This document shows, piece after piece, positions 20,232-29,590 of a stretch of DNA of 64,000 nucleotides; the first letter of the stretch is position 1; each line of letters opens with the position of its first letter. This DNA is from Thermodesulfobacteriota bacterium. Lineage in GTDB: Bacteria; Desulfobacterota_D; UBA1144; Nemesobacterales; UBA2774. The translations under genes and the position numbers were made by a program. The notes below the pieces were generated by a model that was given only the letters and a program-made list of their open reading frames with translations, did not search any database and had not been told where the DNA came from. The stretch is taken from the NCBI GenBank assembly GCA_963422265.1, contig OY729416.1, positions 1,088,001 through 1,152,000 of the forward strand, given 5' to 3'.

Positions 20232-20462
20232 ATGGAAGCTAAAGTCAAGAAATGGGGTAACAGTCTTGCCCTACGTATTCCTAAACCCATTGCCCGCCAG
20301 ATTGGTCTCGAACCTGATTATCTAGTTAGGCTGTCCCTTCGCGGCGCAGACTTGACTATACCGCCTGTGCAACGTCCCAATGCTCAACTATATGCCCTCT
20401 TAGCAGGCGTAACAGAGCCTAATTTACACGGTGAAATAGATACCGGACCTGCGGAAGCATGA
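20232..20462 (+). CDS. mazE: AbrB/MazE family antitoxin, no toxin partner
   Basis: VKKWGNSLALRIPK and LLAGVTEPNLHGEIDTG. Confidence 0.85.
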   Translation: MEAKVKKWGNSLALRIPKPIARQIGLEPDYLVRLSLRGADLTIPPVQRPNAQLYALLAGVTEPNLHGEIDTGPAEA

Positions 20463-23400
20463 ATAAAACTTCCGCCAAGGATTTAGTAAAGCGAACGCTA
20501 GAGCATTCTTTTGACAAAGGGCGCTTTGCTTATTTAGTTAAGAATATCCTTAACCATGTTGACGAAGACTCTTTCACCTACCAAGGCAATTTAATATTTG
20601 ATGACTTTGACGATTCTATAGCGAAAGTAGAACGCACAAGCAAATATACTGACCCACAAGATAGACTCCTCGACATTCTGGTTGTCCACCTTAAAAAAGA
20701 AACCTCGCTTGAGCGAGCGCGGACGATGCAAAGAAACTTCGTCGCCAAATACCTTAATGGTAGTCGGGGCGGAGTATTAAAAGACGCCGCGCTTGTAGCG
20801 TTCGTAGCGCCTAATGGTGAAGATTGGCGTTTCTCCTTTGTCAAGATGGAATACAGGTTAGATGAAAAGGGTAAAGTAAAAGAAGAGTTCACTCCCGCCC
20901 GCCGTTACTCATTTCTAGTAGGTAAAAACGAACATAGCCACACTGCCCAGAGCAACCTCTTGCCTCTGCTTTTGAACGATGAAGCGAAACCCACGCTCGC
21001 ATACATAGAACAAGCCTTTAGCGTAGAGCGGGTTACGAAAGAATTCTTTGAAAAATACAGAGAGCTTTACCTACATCTTAAAGAGGCTTTGGATGAGATT
21101 GTAGAGAAAGACCCAAAAATAGAAGCGGACTTTGAAGGCAAAAGCGTAGATACCGTTGATTTCGCTAAAAAGCTTATGGGTCAGATTGTTTTCCTTTACT
21201 TTCTACAAAAGAAGGGATGGTTTGGGGTGGCGAGAGGAAAAGAATGGGGTGAAGGCAATAAGCAGTTTTTGCGACACTTGTTTCCAAGGGCGCAGGAAGA
21301 AGATAAGAACTACTTCAATAGATTTCTAGAGCCATTGTTCTACGAGGCTCTACGATTAGAGCGTCCCAAAGACTATTATGATCAGTTTGAATGTCGTATT
21401 CCGTTCTTAAACGGTGGGCTTTTTGATCCTATAAACGATTACGATTGGCAAGATACGGATATAGAGATACCGAATGAGATTTTCAGTAATAATGAATTAA
21501 CGAAAGAAGGGGATACAGGAAGCGGGATTTTAGACGTTTTCGACCGTTACAACTTCACTGTCAAGGAAGATGAACCACTAGAGAAGGAAGTGGCGGTTGA
21601 CCCTGAGATGCTCGGAAAGGTCTTTGAGAATCTCCTTGATATTAAAGACCGAAAGTCCAAAGGGACTTACTACACGCCGCGTGAGATTGTTCATTACATG
21701 TGTCAAGAGAGCTTGATCAATGCGTTACACGTTAATCTTGATGGAATTATTCCTATAAATGACTTGGAAGCGCTTATAAAACATGGTGATGCTTTTATTG
21801 AGCATGAAGAGACCCGTATTGAAAAAATTGCTAATAGAAAGGCTAAGGATGCAGATTACAAAGGAAGTTACAAGAGGCGGCGGCTTCCAGCTAGTATTGA
21901 AGAATATGCTGAACTTATAGATGATGAACTAGCTTCAATGCGTGTATGTGACCCGGCAGTGGGAAGTGGCGCATTCATAGTGGGCATGATGAATGAGATA
22001 ATAAGAGCAAGAAGGACGCTCGCATCATATATTGACGTGAACAAAGAAGACGCATCTTATCGCTTCAAACGTCACGCAATACAGCACTGCCTTTACGGTG
22101 TAGATATAGATCCCGGAGCGGTAGAAATCGCTAAGCTCAGGTTGTGGTTATCGCTGGTCGTAGATGAGGAGGATAGGGGGAAAATAAAACCTTTGCCCAA
22201 TCTGGACTATAAAATTATTCAAGGTAATTCTCTTTTAAGCGTTGAGAAAGACCTTTTCAACCAAGAGCTGTTTAACCAGCTTGAGAAATTGAAACCGCTT
22301 TACTTCAATCAAACTAATCCAAAGGACAAACAAAAGTATAAAAACCAGATAGATGAACTCATTAGTCATATTACCAAAGGACATAAGGAGTTTGATTTTG
22401 AGGTTTACTTTTCAGAAGTTTTCCATGATGAAAAGGAAGGCTTCGACGTGGTAATAGGCAATCCACCGTATGTGGTGACCAAAGATAATCAGTTGAGGGA
22501 ATTATACAAAGAAGGTATCTACGGTCGGATGAACACCTACGGACTGTTTATCCAGCGCGGCCTGCAATTGGCGCGTAATTTGGGGCAACTGTGCTTCATC
22601 ACCCCAAGAACTTTACTTACAGATAGGTACTTCAGTAATCTCCGCAAAGCTATCAAGAGAAAATCTGAATTAAAGGGCATCGTGCTAATTGCGGACCGGT
22701 ATAACACTTTTGAGAGCGTTTTGCAGGAGTGCATTATTCCGCACCTGGTCAGAAAGCAGACGCCATCCTTGCAGTACGCAGTGAACGCGCGCACCATCTC
22801 AGTACCGACTGACCTCAATGACCCGCAGGCTGCATTTTCGGTAGGTTCGGACCGGGTCCTGCTGGGGAATGAGTTTGACGGGACTTTCTACATAGGCAAT
22901 TCCGAGTTTGATTATCAAGTGTTCGAGCGGATTAACGAGATGGGTGTGAAACTGTCGGCTTTCGGACTCAAGGCCGAGACCGGCAAGATACAATTTGACA
23001 AGTGCCGGGAGTATGCTCAGCCGGACAATTCCAACGATGCGTGCCGGCTGATTTGGGCGGAAAACATACAGCGTTACATCTGTCGGGAATCCCGTCACCG
23101 GGTCGGCAAAGAATGGCTTTCAAAGGCTATCAGATCAGCAGTACGTCCAAATATTACCGGTTTGGGGATTGTGATTCAGCGTATTACCGCCAACGAACAG
23201 CCACGGCGAATCATTGCCACACTGGTAACTCCTGAATACTTTAGTTCGGAAAATGTATACTCTGAAAACCACACGAACTTTATACAGATTAGCGGTCGTG
23301 TAAACAGTGCTTTTTTGTTGGGGGTTCTCAATTCCAGCTTAACAGAGTTCGTGTTCAGAAGATTGAACAGCAATACACAGGTATCAGCGGGAGAATTAAA

Positions 23401-23635
23401 CCTGCTGCCACTTCCACAAGCGTCAGACGAAACCGCTATTCGCGAGATTGAAACGCTCGTTTCAAATCTTATGAAACTGGGTGGTGTTGATTGCCAATCT
23501 GATGATTTAAAACAGGCGGTAGAATATGAACATCAAATCGATATTCTGGTGGGCTCGCTGTATGGAATTACTCCTAGTGAAGTTGAACAAATTCAGCAAT
23601 TATTGCCATCATATAAAACAGTTTATGGAGTATAG
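20459..23635 (+). CDS. Type IIG (Eco57I-like) restriction-modification enzyme / N6-adenine MTase
   Basis: IPFLNGGLF, DPEMLGKVFENLL, GTYYTP, DPAVGSGAF, VIGNPPY, C-terminal target recognition domain. Confidence 0.9.
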   Translation: MNKTSAKDLVKRTLEHSFDKGRFAYLVKNILNHVDEDSFTYQGNLIFDDFDDSIAKVERTSKYTDPQDRLLDILVVHLKKETSLERARTMQRNFVAKYLNGSRGGVLKDAALVAFVAPNGEDWRFSFVKMEYRLDEKGKVKEEFTPARRYSFLVGKNEHSHTAQSNLLPLLLNDEAKPTLAYIEQAFSVERVTKEFFEKYRELYLHLKEALDEIVEKDPKIEADFEGKSVDTVDFAKKLMGQIVFLYFLQKKGWFGVARGKEWGEGNKQFLRHLFPRAQEEDKNYFNRFLEPLFYEALRLERPKDYYDQFECRIPFLNGGLFDPINDYDWQDTDIEIPNEIFSNNELTKEGDTGSGILDVFDRYNFTVKEDEPLEKEVAVDPEMLGKVFENLLDIKDRKSKGTYYTPREIVHYMCQESLINALHVNLDGIIPINDLEALIKHGDAFIEHEETRIEKIANRKAKDADYKGSYKRRRLPASIEEYAELIDDELASMRVCDPAVGSGAFIVGMMNEIIRARRTLASYIDVNKEDASYRFKRHAIQHCLYGVDIDPGAVEIAKLRLWLSLVVDEEDRGKIKPLPNLDYKIIQGNSLLSVEKDLFNQELFNQLEKLKPLYFNQTNPKDKQKYKNQIDELISHITKGHKEFDFEVYFSEVFHDEKEGFDVVIGNPPYVVTKDNQLRELYKEGIYGRMNTYGLFIQRGLQLARNLGQLCFITPRTLLTDRYFSNLRKAIKRKSELKGIVLIADRYNTFESVLQECIIPHLVRKQTPSLQYAVNARTISVPTDLNDPQAAFSVGSDRVLLGNEFDGTFYIGNSEFDYQVFERINEMGVKLSAFGLKAETGKIQFDKCREYAQPDNSNDACRLIWAENIQRYICRESRHRVGKEWLSKAIRSAVRPNITGLGIVIQRITANEQPRRIIATLVTPEYFSSENVYSENHTNFIQISGRVNSAFLLGVLNSSLTEFVFRRLNSNTQVSAGELNLLPLPQASDETAIREIETLVSNLMKLGGVDCQSDDLKQAVEYEHQIDILVGSLYGITPSEVEQIQQLLPSYKTVYGV

Positions 23636-23636
23636 A

Positions 23637-23738
23637 GCGGACACCACCGCTCTGAAAGCCGATATAGACAAGCTGGTCTACACGCTGCTGTACCGGTTGA
23701 CGGCAGGGGAAATTGACATTGTGGAGAGGAAAAGATGA
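23637..23738 (+). pseudogene. Relic C-terminus of another Type IIG enzyme
   Basis: ADTTALKADIDKLVYTLLYRLTAGEIDIVERKR* matches the EIDxLVYxLYGLTxEEIxIVE tail; begins right after the intact gene's stop. Confidence 0.75.
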
Positions 23739-25920
23739 GCACGTCTGAACGGCAAGACACAACCGCCAGAATCCTGGCATTGATTAAGGAAATCACAGCA
23801 AAGTCCTCCGATGGAAACTACATCTACCGCGGTGAACCAGAATGCTACCCTAAAGTATCCTCGACGCTTCACCGCCAATTCGAAGACGTGGATGCGGAGC
23901 ACTTTAATCTGGAGGAAGTCCAGAAGGAGATACTGGAACAGGCCAAGAAATACACATCCGCAACTGATGAGGTGGAAATCCTGACACAACTCCAGCACCA
24001 TGGCGGCAAAACCAACCTTATCGACTTTACAAACGACTGCCACATAGCCCTCTTTTTCGCCTGCGACGGTTCCTATGACAAAGATGGCAGGGTTATCCTG
24101 CTGAAGAAACAAGCAACGGAACAAGGTCATATCAGACAGCCCCGGAACCCTGCCAACCGCGTCATCGCTCAGAAGAGCATCTTTGTGCATCCACCGAAAG
24201 GCTTTATTAGCCCCGATGGTGATCCCATCATCATCCCGAAAGACCTCAAAAAACACATACTGGACCATCTGCAAAGATACAACGGCATATCCACGGAAAC
24301 CATCTACAACGACCTGTACGGCTTTATCAAAAATCAGGGAATCCACCAAAGTGCCTACACGGAGTTTTACAGAGCTTTGACTTATTGGACAAAGGGAGTT
24401 GAATCGGCAGACAAGAAAAAACAACGGGAATTCTATAACAAAGCCATTGAACATTACGCTGAAGCCTTGAGATTGAACCCGAATCTCGCCCCAGCCTACT
24501 GTAACCGAGGAGTCGCCAAGGAAAAACTTGAACGACACGAAGAAGCCATTGAAGACTATAACAAAGCTATTAGAATCTATCCTGAATATGCGGCAGCATA
24601 TTCCAATCGCGGGATTGCCAAAGACAAACAAGGCAAATACGGAGAAGCCATTGAGGACTTCGACAAAGCTATTAGTATCAATCCTAAATATGCAGAGGCA
24701 TATCTCAATCGCGGGACTGCTAAAGATAACCTAGGCAAACACAAAGAAGCCATTGAAGACTTCGACAAAGCCATTAGCATCAATCCTGAATATGCGGCAG
24801 CATATTCCAATCGCGGGCTTGCCAAGCTAAATTTAGGCAAATACGAAGGAGCCATTGAGGACTTCGACAAAGCCATTAGTATCAATCCTAAATATGCGGC
24901 AGCATATTCCAATCGCGGGCTTGCTAAAGGAGAACTAGGCAAATACGAGAAAGCCATAAGAGACTTTGACGAAGCCATCAGCATAAATCCTAAATATGCG
25001 AAGGCATATCTCAATCGCGGGATTGCCAAAGACAAACAAGTCAAACACGAAGAAGCCATAAAAGACTTTAACGAAGCCATCAGCATAAATCCTAAATATG
25101 CGAAGGCATATCTCAATCGCGGGATTGCCAAAGACAAACAAGTCAAACACGAAGAAGCCATAAAAGACTTCGACAAAGCCATCAGCATAAATCCTGACTT
25201 TGCAAACGCATATCTCAATCGCGGGATTGCCAAAGACAAACAAGTCAAACACGAAGAAGCCATTGAAGACTTCGACAAAGCCATCAGCATAAATCCTGAC
25301 TTTGCAAACGCATATCTCAATCGCGGGATTGCCAAAGACAAACAAGGCAAATACGAAGAAGCCATTGAAGACTATAACAAAGCCATCAGCATAAATCCTG
25401 ATTTTGCAGACGCATATTACGCTCGCGGGAATGTCAAAGACAAACAAGGCAAACACGAAGAAGCCATTGAAGACTTCGACAAAGCCAACAGCATAAATCC
25501 TGATTTTGCAGACGCATATTACGCTCGCGGGAATGTCAAAGACAAACAAGGCAAACACGAAGAAGCCATTGAAGACTTCGACAAAGCCAACAAGATAAGA
25601 CTAAATATGCAAACGCATATCTCAATCGCGGGAATGCCAAAGACAAACAAGGCAAATACGAAGAAGCCATAAAAGACTTCGACAAAGCCATCAGCATAAA
25701 TCCTGACTTTGTTGCAGACGCATATTGCAATCGCGGAGAGGCTTGGCTGCACTTGCAAGTATGGGAAAAAGCCAAATCAGACCTGACCAATGCCAAGAAA
25801 AAGGGAGTAGATATAATCGCTTCGTTTCATAACGACTATAAGAGCATTGAAGACTTCGAGCGGAAGAATGACGTTGAGCTTCCGGAAGACATCAAAGCCC
25901 TGCTGATACGAAAGTCGTAA
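23735..25920 (+). CDS. FRG domain plus TPR-repeat protein; frameshift near 25600 (ORF as written stops at 25672)
   Basis: YIYRGE, LQHHGGKTNLIDFT..IALFFA, RVIAQKSIF; about 12 TPRs; repeat register and tail AYCNRGEAWLHLQVWEKAKSDL...LPEDIKALLIRKS* continue in another frame. Confidence 0.85.
24443..25740 (+). repeat. Tandem 102-bp (34-codon) TPR-coding repeats, about 12-13 units
   Basis: Recurrent GAAGCCATTGAAGACTTCGACAAAGCCATCAGCATAAATCCT units. Confidence 0.95.
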
Positions 25921-26214
25921 TGAGTTTTTATAAGCTGAGCTTTTACAATTAATATGCAAAACCTTCTTCCCCCACCTCCCCTATTAACTGTATAACAAAC
26001 CAACGTCTGTGGATTATCGGTCTTAGTTTTTAGTACCCCAAGCTGTGGTTAGTGAGTTCACCAAACCGTTCAGCTCTCCCGCCCTTTTGAAAACCTTACA
26101 AACTTATACTTTTTAGCGATTTTCTGGCTATCTAAAAGATGGTTTGACACGGCTTTAAGTGCTTTTAAGAACAGAAACCCTAATGATTGCAGGGTCTTGC
26201 AAAAGATTTTTGCC

Positions 26215-26264
26215 CGTAAAGTTTTTAATAACTTTTACGAATAACTTTCACGGATAACTCTCAG
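26215..26264. repeat. 13-bp tandem direct repeats plus one inverted copy
   Basis: AATAACTTTTACG / AATAACTTTCACG / GATAACTCTCAG, preceded by inverted CGTAAAGTTTTT. Confidence 0.55.
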
Positions 26265-26417
26265 ATTAAACAACTTTCAAAACGCTATTTAAGCCTTTAT
26301 TTATAGGGGTTTAATGGACGTTTAATGAGATGAATAAGTGTCATATTATACCAACTTGTGCAGTAAAGTTTTTTTAAGTTCGCTTCTTAAATTTGATTTC
26401 TTTAATCCTGTATCAAA

Positions 26418-26448
26418 TCCCCCTTAATCCCCCTTTTCTAAAGGGGGA
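26418..26448. repeat. Short C-run/G-run hairpin element
   Basis: TCCCCCTTAATCCCCCTTTTCTAAAGGGGGA. Confidence 0.55.
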
Positions 26449-26702
26449 AAAGAAAGGGTAACCACCGATAAATTGCTCGTGTTGTTTTTGGCAATGAGTG
26501 CATATTGGAGTCGTCATTTATTTCCTCCGTTCTTTACGTAACCTTTGGGCTAAGCCGACTGAGCACCCGATCAAACGCGCAAGCCCTGACGTTGTAGTAT
26601 TGGGTTAGGATACCACTTCCTCATTTTCATAAGGACATGCTGTGTATATTGCCACCACCAAAATAATTATGCGATCTGCTCCTCGCCTCAACCAATACTT
26701 TT

Positions 26703-26935
26703 GGAAACGTTGATATAGGCGATAAAGTGAAGGAAGAGGCTTATGTGTTTTCTCACCCAAGGGGGGATAGCTCATAGTTTATCGGTTCAAAAGTAGAAAT
26801 CAGGCTCAGAGAGAAAATCGAGCAAATCGGCACACCACTGAAAGAATAGGATATTTCCATTTATATAGGAATACTGACCGGCTACAACAAGGCATTTACA
26901 GTAGATAATCAGACCAAAGAAGCACTGGTTGCCAA
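26703..26935 (+). pseudogene. Relic internal fragment of a Type IIG RM enzyme
   Basis: S*FIGSKVEIRLREKIEQIGTPLKE*DISIYIGILTGYNKAFTVDNQTKEALVAK matches the KIExxGTPLKDWDIxIYRGILTGYNEAF block, with both Trp positions now TAG. Confidence 0.78.
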
Positions 26936-27049
26936 ATACCATCCGTGAACAAGATAGACCAGCTTTTGTAGCTTAAGCGGGCTGATCGGCGTATCTTTCC
27001 CAAATGATAACTTCAATACACTATTGGACGCTTGCAGTGCAGAATACAT
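26909..27049 (-). pseudogene. Truncated Panacea (DUF4065/SocA) antitoxin N-terminus
   Basis: AGGAGG then MYSALQASNSVLKLSFGKDTPISPLKLQKLVYLVHGWYLAT; cut after about 41 codons. Confidence 0.78.
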
Positions 27050-27112
27050 TCTTGGCTACCTCCTAACCCATTTGTGCATACCCTTATCCCTTTAGCATAA
27101 ATATACTGCATT

Positions 27113-27178
27113 ATCTATCAACTCTATGACTTGACGGATGGGGAAATTAAGATCGTAGAAAGTGCGGCAACCGACTAA
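27113..27178 (+). pseudogene. Second relic Type IIG C-terminus
   Basis: IYQLYDLTDGEIKIVESAATD*. Confidence 0.7.
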
Positions 27179-27276
27179 CAAATCCGCACCAACCCAACTG
27201 AGACTGATACGCTGTGCTATATGTCTTATAATTCGATCCGTAAAAAGATCTTGACTTTGAGAGGACACAGATAACT

Positions 27277-27736
27277 ATGAAAGATAAATTAGAGGTCTTG
27301 ATTAATAAGGGTATTCAATTTCTAAAAGAAAAAACTGGGATCAGGCGATCCGGGCTTGTAAGCAGGGCACTGGCTTTAGATCCGCCTTCCGGCAAAAGGG
27401 TACGCCTATTTGGTCATTTCGCTCAGGCTTAGCAAGTGAAGGACGATTGCCAATTATACGTAGGCTATCAAGATCAACCCACAAGATGCTAATGCCTTTT
27501 ACAACCGCGGACTCACTTAGGGTATGAAAGACAATTACGACAAAGCAATCAAAGACTTCGACCAAGTCATCAGTATCAATCCCAAATATGTAGAAGCGTA
27601 TTACAATCGCGAGAATGCTAAATACACACTAGGCAAATACGAGGAAGCTCGTGCAGATTGGCAACGTACCTTAGAGTTAGCAAATAAACAAGGAAACCAA
27701 GAGTTGGTTCAACTCATCCAGAAAAATTTGATATAG
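27277..27736 (+). pseudogene. TPR protein, frameshifted
   Basis: MKDKLEVLINKGIQFLKEKNWDQAIRAC..., AIKINPQDANAFYNRGLT*, YDKAIKDFDQVISINPKYVEAYYNR. Confidence 0.7.
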
Positions 27737-27845
27737 CCTTAATCTTTATAGATTGTCCCTCTCTTCTTAAACTTTTTGTTAAAATGTTCCATTTTATTCA
27801 AAATATTAGTTGAAAAGGCTTAATAACTTCAGCAGGCTTTTTACA

Positions 27846-27919
27846 GATATTGATCTAGAAAACCTCGAAGATGAAGTTGAAAGAATATTTGGTGAGATTT
27901 TTTAGAAGGGAGCTTATGA
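27846..27919 (+). repeat. Direct repeat copy 2 (relic CfrBI-family 3' end)
   Basis: Encodes DIDLENLEDEVERIFGEIF* followed by the same GAAGGGAGCTTATGA. Confidence 0.92.
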
Positions 27920-27982
27920 AGTTGACATAACAAAAACTTCAGCCAGTCTCATCATGGAGCAACCCAGTGGAGAACGTCAGAT

Positions 27983-28969
27983 ATGAAAACGACCAAATTA
28001 GAAAAATTAATCAACTTTACTAGAAATTATTTTAATACTGATCCATATGACATCTCGGAATGCGAAAAAGAATTGACAAAATCAGTCCCGGGCTGGAGAG
28101 ACACTCTGAAAAACCCTAGAAATTGGGAGCGAATAGAAGAGAATCTACCGCTTCGTCATCCCATAGAGGACTTTGAGAGTTCAGAACTATACCTTTACGA
28201 AGGTTTATGGACAATTTTTGTCAGGGCAGGCGGGCGGGAATTAGCAAAAAGATGGTTTTTTTATTCTTGGGATGTGCCGCGACAAGCTTCAAGGAATTGG
28301 CTGATGGATAACATGGACTCCGATATATGGAATGCCCTTGAAGACAAAATGAAAAAGGCATTAATAACTGAAAATTGTTTCCTACCCATGATTCACTTTT
28401 TGCCTGACGTTTATGGTGATGTGAAATATGATAGATCCAGTTCCTACTTGCTTGAGTTATCACGCAGGTATGAAACAACTTACAAAGTTCGCTCTGTCAT
28501 AAAAGAAGCCGGCGATAAAAAATTTCTGCACTTAATGGATTCACTGAATTTTTTTACTTCGATAAAAGAACTGTATAACCCCAATATGTATGAAAAAAGT
28601 TTTATTGACAGGCTAATAGAAAAAATAAGCAAGAATGGATACGATAAATCATCCGATTTACCATCAATCCTCGTTTCTCTCGAGCCCCCTCCTATATTTA
28701 AAGAGCATCCTGAGCTAGAGGAGAGGGAATGTGAAGATATCGAAATGGAGTATTACGATATCGAAAAGTTTCTAGGCGTTTACAAACCCGTTGAAGAACA
28801 GATCGTTATTTATGCAAGAGGAATTACATGGTGGACAAAAAAATATCCTGATTTTGACTCACAGTGGCTATTCTCTGTCGTGCTGATCCATGAAATTGCA
28901 CATTGGATCACCCATAAACTTCCCCACTCAAAAGTCCCCACTTGGCCGACTGAAGTGGAAAGAAGTTAG
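27983..28969 (+). CDS. Hypothetical protein with C-terminal HExxH metallopeptidase-like motif; possibly truncated
   Basis: FLGVY...VVLIHEIAHWITH; a plausible C-terminal tail lies in another frame up to 29120. Confidence 0.55.
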   Translation: MKTTKLEKLINFTRNYFNTDPYDISECEKELTKSVPGWRDTLKNPRNWERIEENLPLRHPIEDFESSELYLYEGLWTIFVRAGGRELAKRWFFYSWDVPRQASRNWLMDNMDSDIWNALEDKMKKALITENCFLPMIHFLPDVYGDVKYDRSSSYLLELSRRYETTYKVRSVIKEAGDKKFLHLMDSLNFFTSIKELYNPNMYEKSFIDRLIEKISKNGYDKSSDLPSILVSLEPPPIFKEHPELEERECEDIEMEYYDIEKFLGVYKPVEEQIVIYARGITWWTKKYPDFDSQWLFSVVLIHEIAHWITHKLPHSKVPTWPTEVERS

Positions 28970-29147
28970 ACATATTGGACTTACACATTTCGAGCCGGGT
29001 AAGGCTTTTGAGCTAGACACAAAGAGAGTAATATGTAAGATAATGAAGCCTCTTGAGAAATTAAGGCGCCTGTCAAAACCAGCTACACTGCAAGATTGGA
29101 AAGATGCAACTGAAAAATAAGCTGACGCATATTACACTCCTGAGAGA

Positions 29148-29226
29148 CTAAGAGCAATTCCAAGTAACGTAATTGACTTTGGAGTCATGTCTCCGCCCTA
29201 TAACAAATAGGAAAAGAATAGAGGGA
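29148..29226 (+). pseudogene. Relic fragment of a beta-class DNA methyltransferase
   Basis: LRAIPSNVIDFGVMSPPYNK*EKNRG (motif IV region). Confidence 0.65.
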
Positions 29227-29526
29227 TATCTTAATTGTGCAGAAGAGCGACTAAAAAATGCCGAAGATGAATTAAGCATGGTAAAAAAAGAACAAGAACA
29301 TCATCGGGTTTCTGAAACCTTTAGGAAAGCGGGAGGAGAGTAACGTAGGGAAGTGGCGCATCTAGCAATACAACAGATGTGAAGATGAAACCTGTATCTT
29401 TAATTCCCTTTACTAACAGAGTAAATATGATAAAGATTCTTGCCAATTTACAAACCGTACTGTTATCAGGGATAACGTCAAAACCATATTATAGTTATCT
29501 CGCTTCAAGAATAACTTAGCTAAGCC

Positions 29527-29555
29527 TTGACTAATGAGCGTGAAGTTGGTAAAGT
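29527..29555 (+). promoter_or_regulatory. Putative rplM-rpsI promoter
   Basis: TTGACT-17 nt-TAAAGT with TGn extension. Confidence 0.55.
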
Positions 29556-29590
29556 GAGTGGCTTATCCAGCAACTTACGCGAGGCGTAAA

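Noticed and set aside
24443-25740. CRISPR array or diversity-generating retroelement repeat
   Set aside because: Units are contiguous 102-bp in-frame TPR codons with no unique spacers; no cas gene or reverse transcriptase is present.
23678-25796. Long antisense ORFs over the FRG-TPR gene
   Set aside because: Shadow frames produced by the repetitive coding strand; no independent motifs.
26100-26355. CRISPR leader
   Set aside because: AT-rich and leader-like, but no adjacent repeat-spacer unit.
26941-26990. Plus-strand VNKIDQLL*LKRAD read as a further Type IIG relic
   Set aside because: Better explained as the reverse complement of the Panacea motif PLKLQKLVYLVHGW, which has an RBS and a start.
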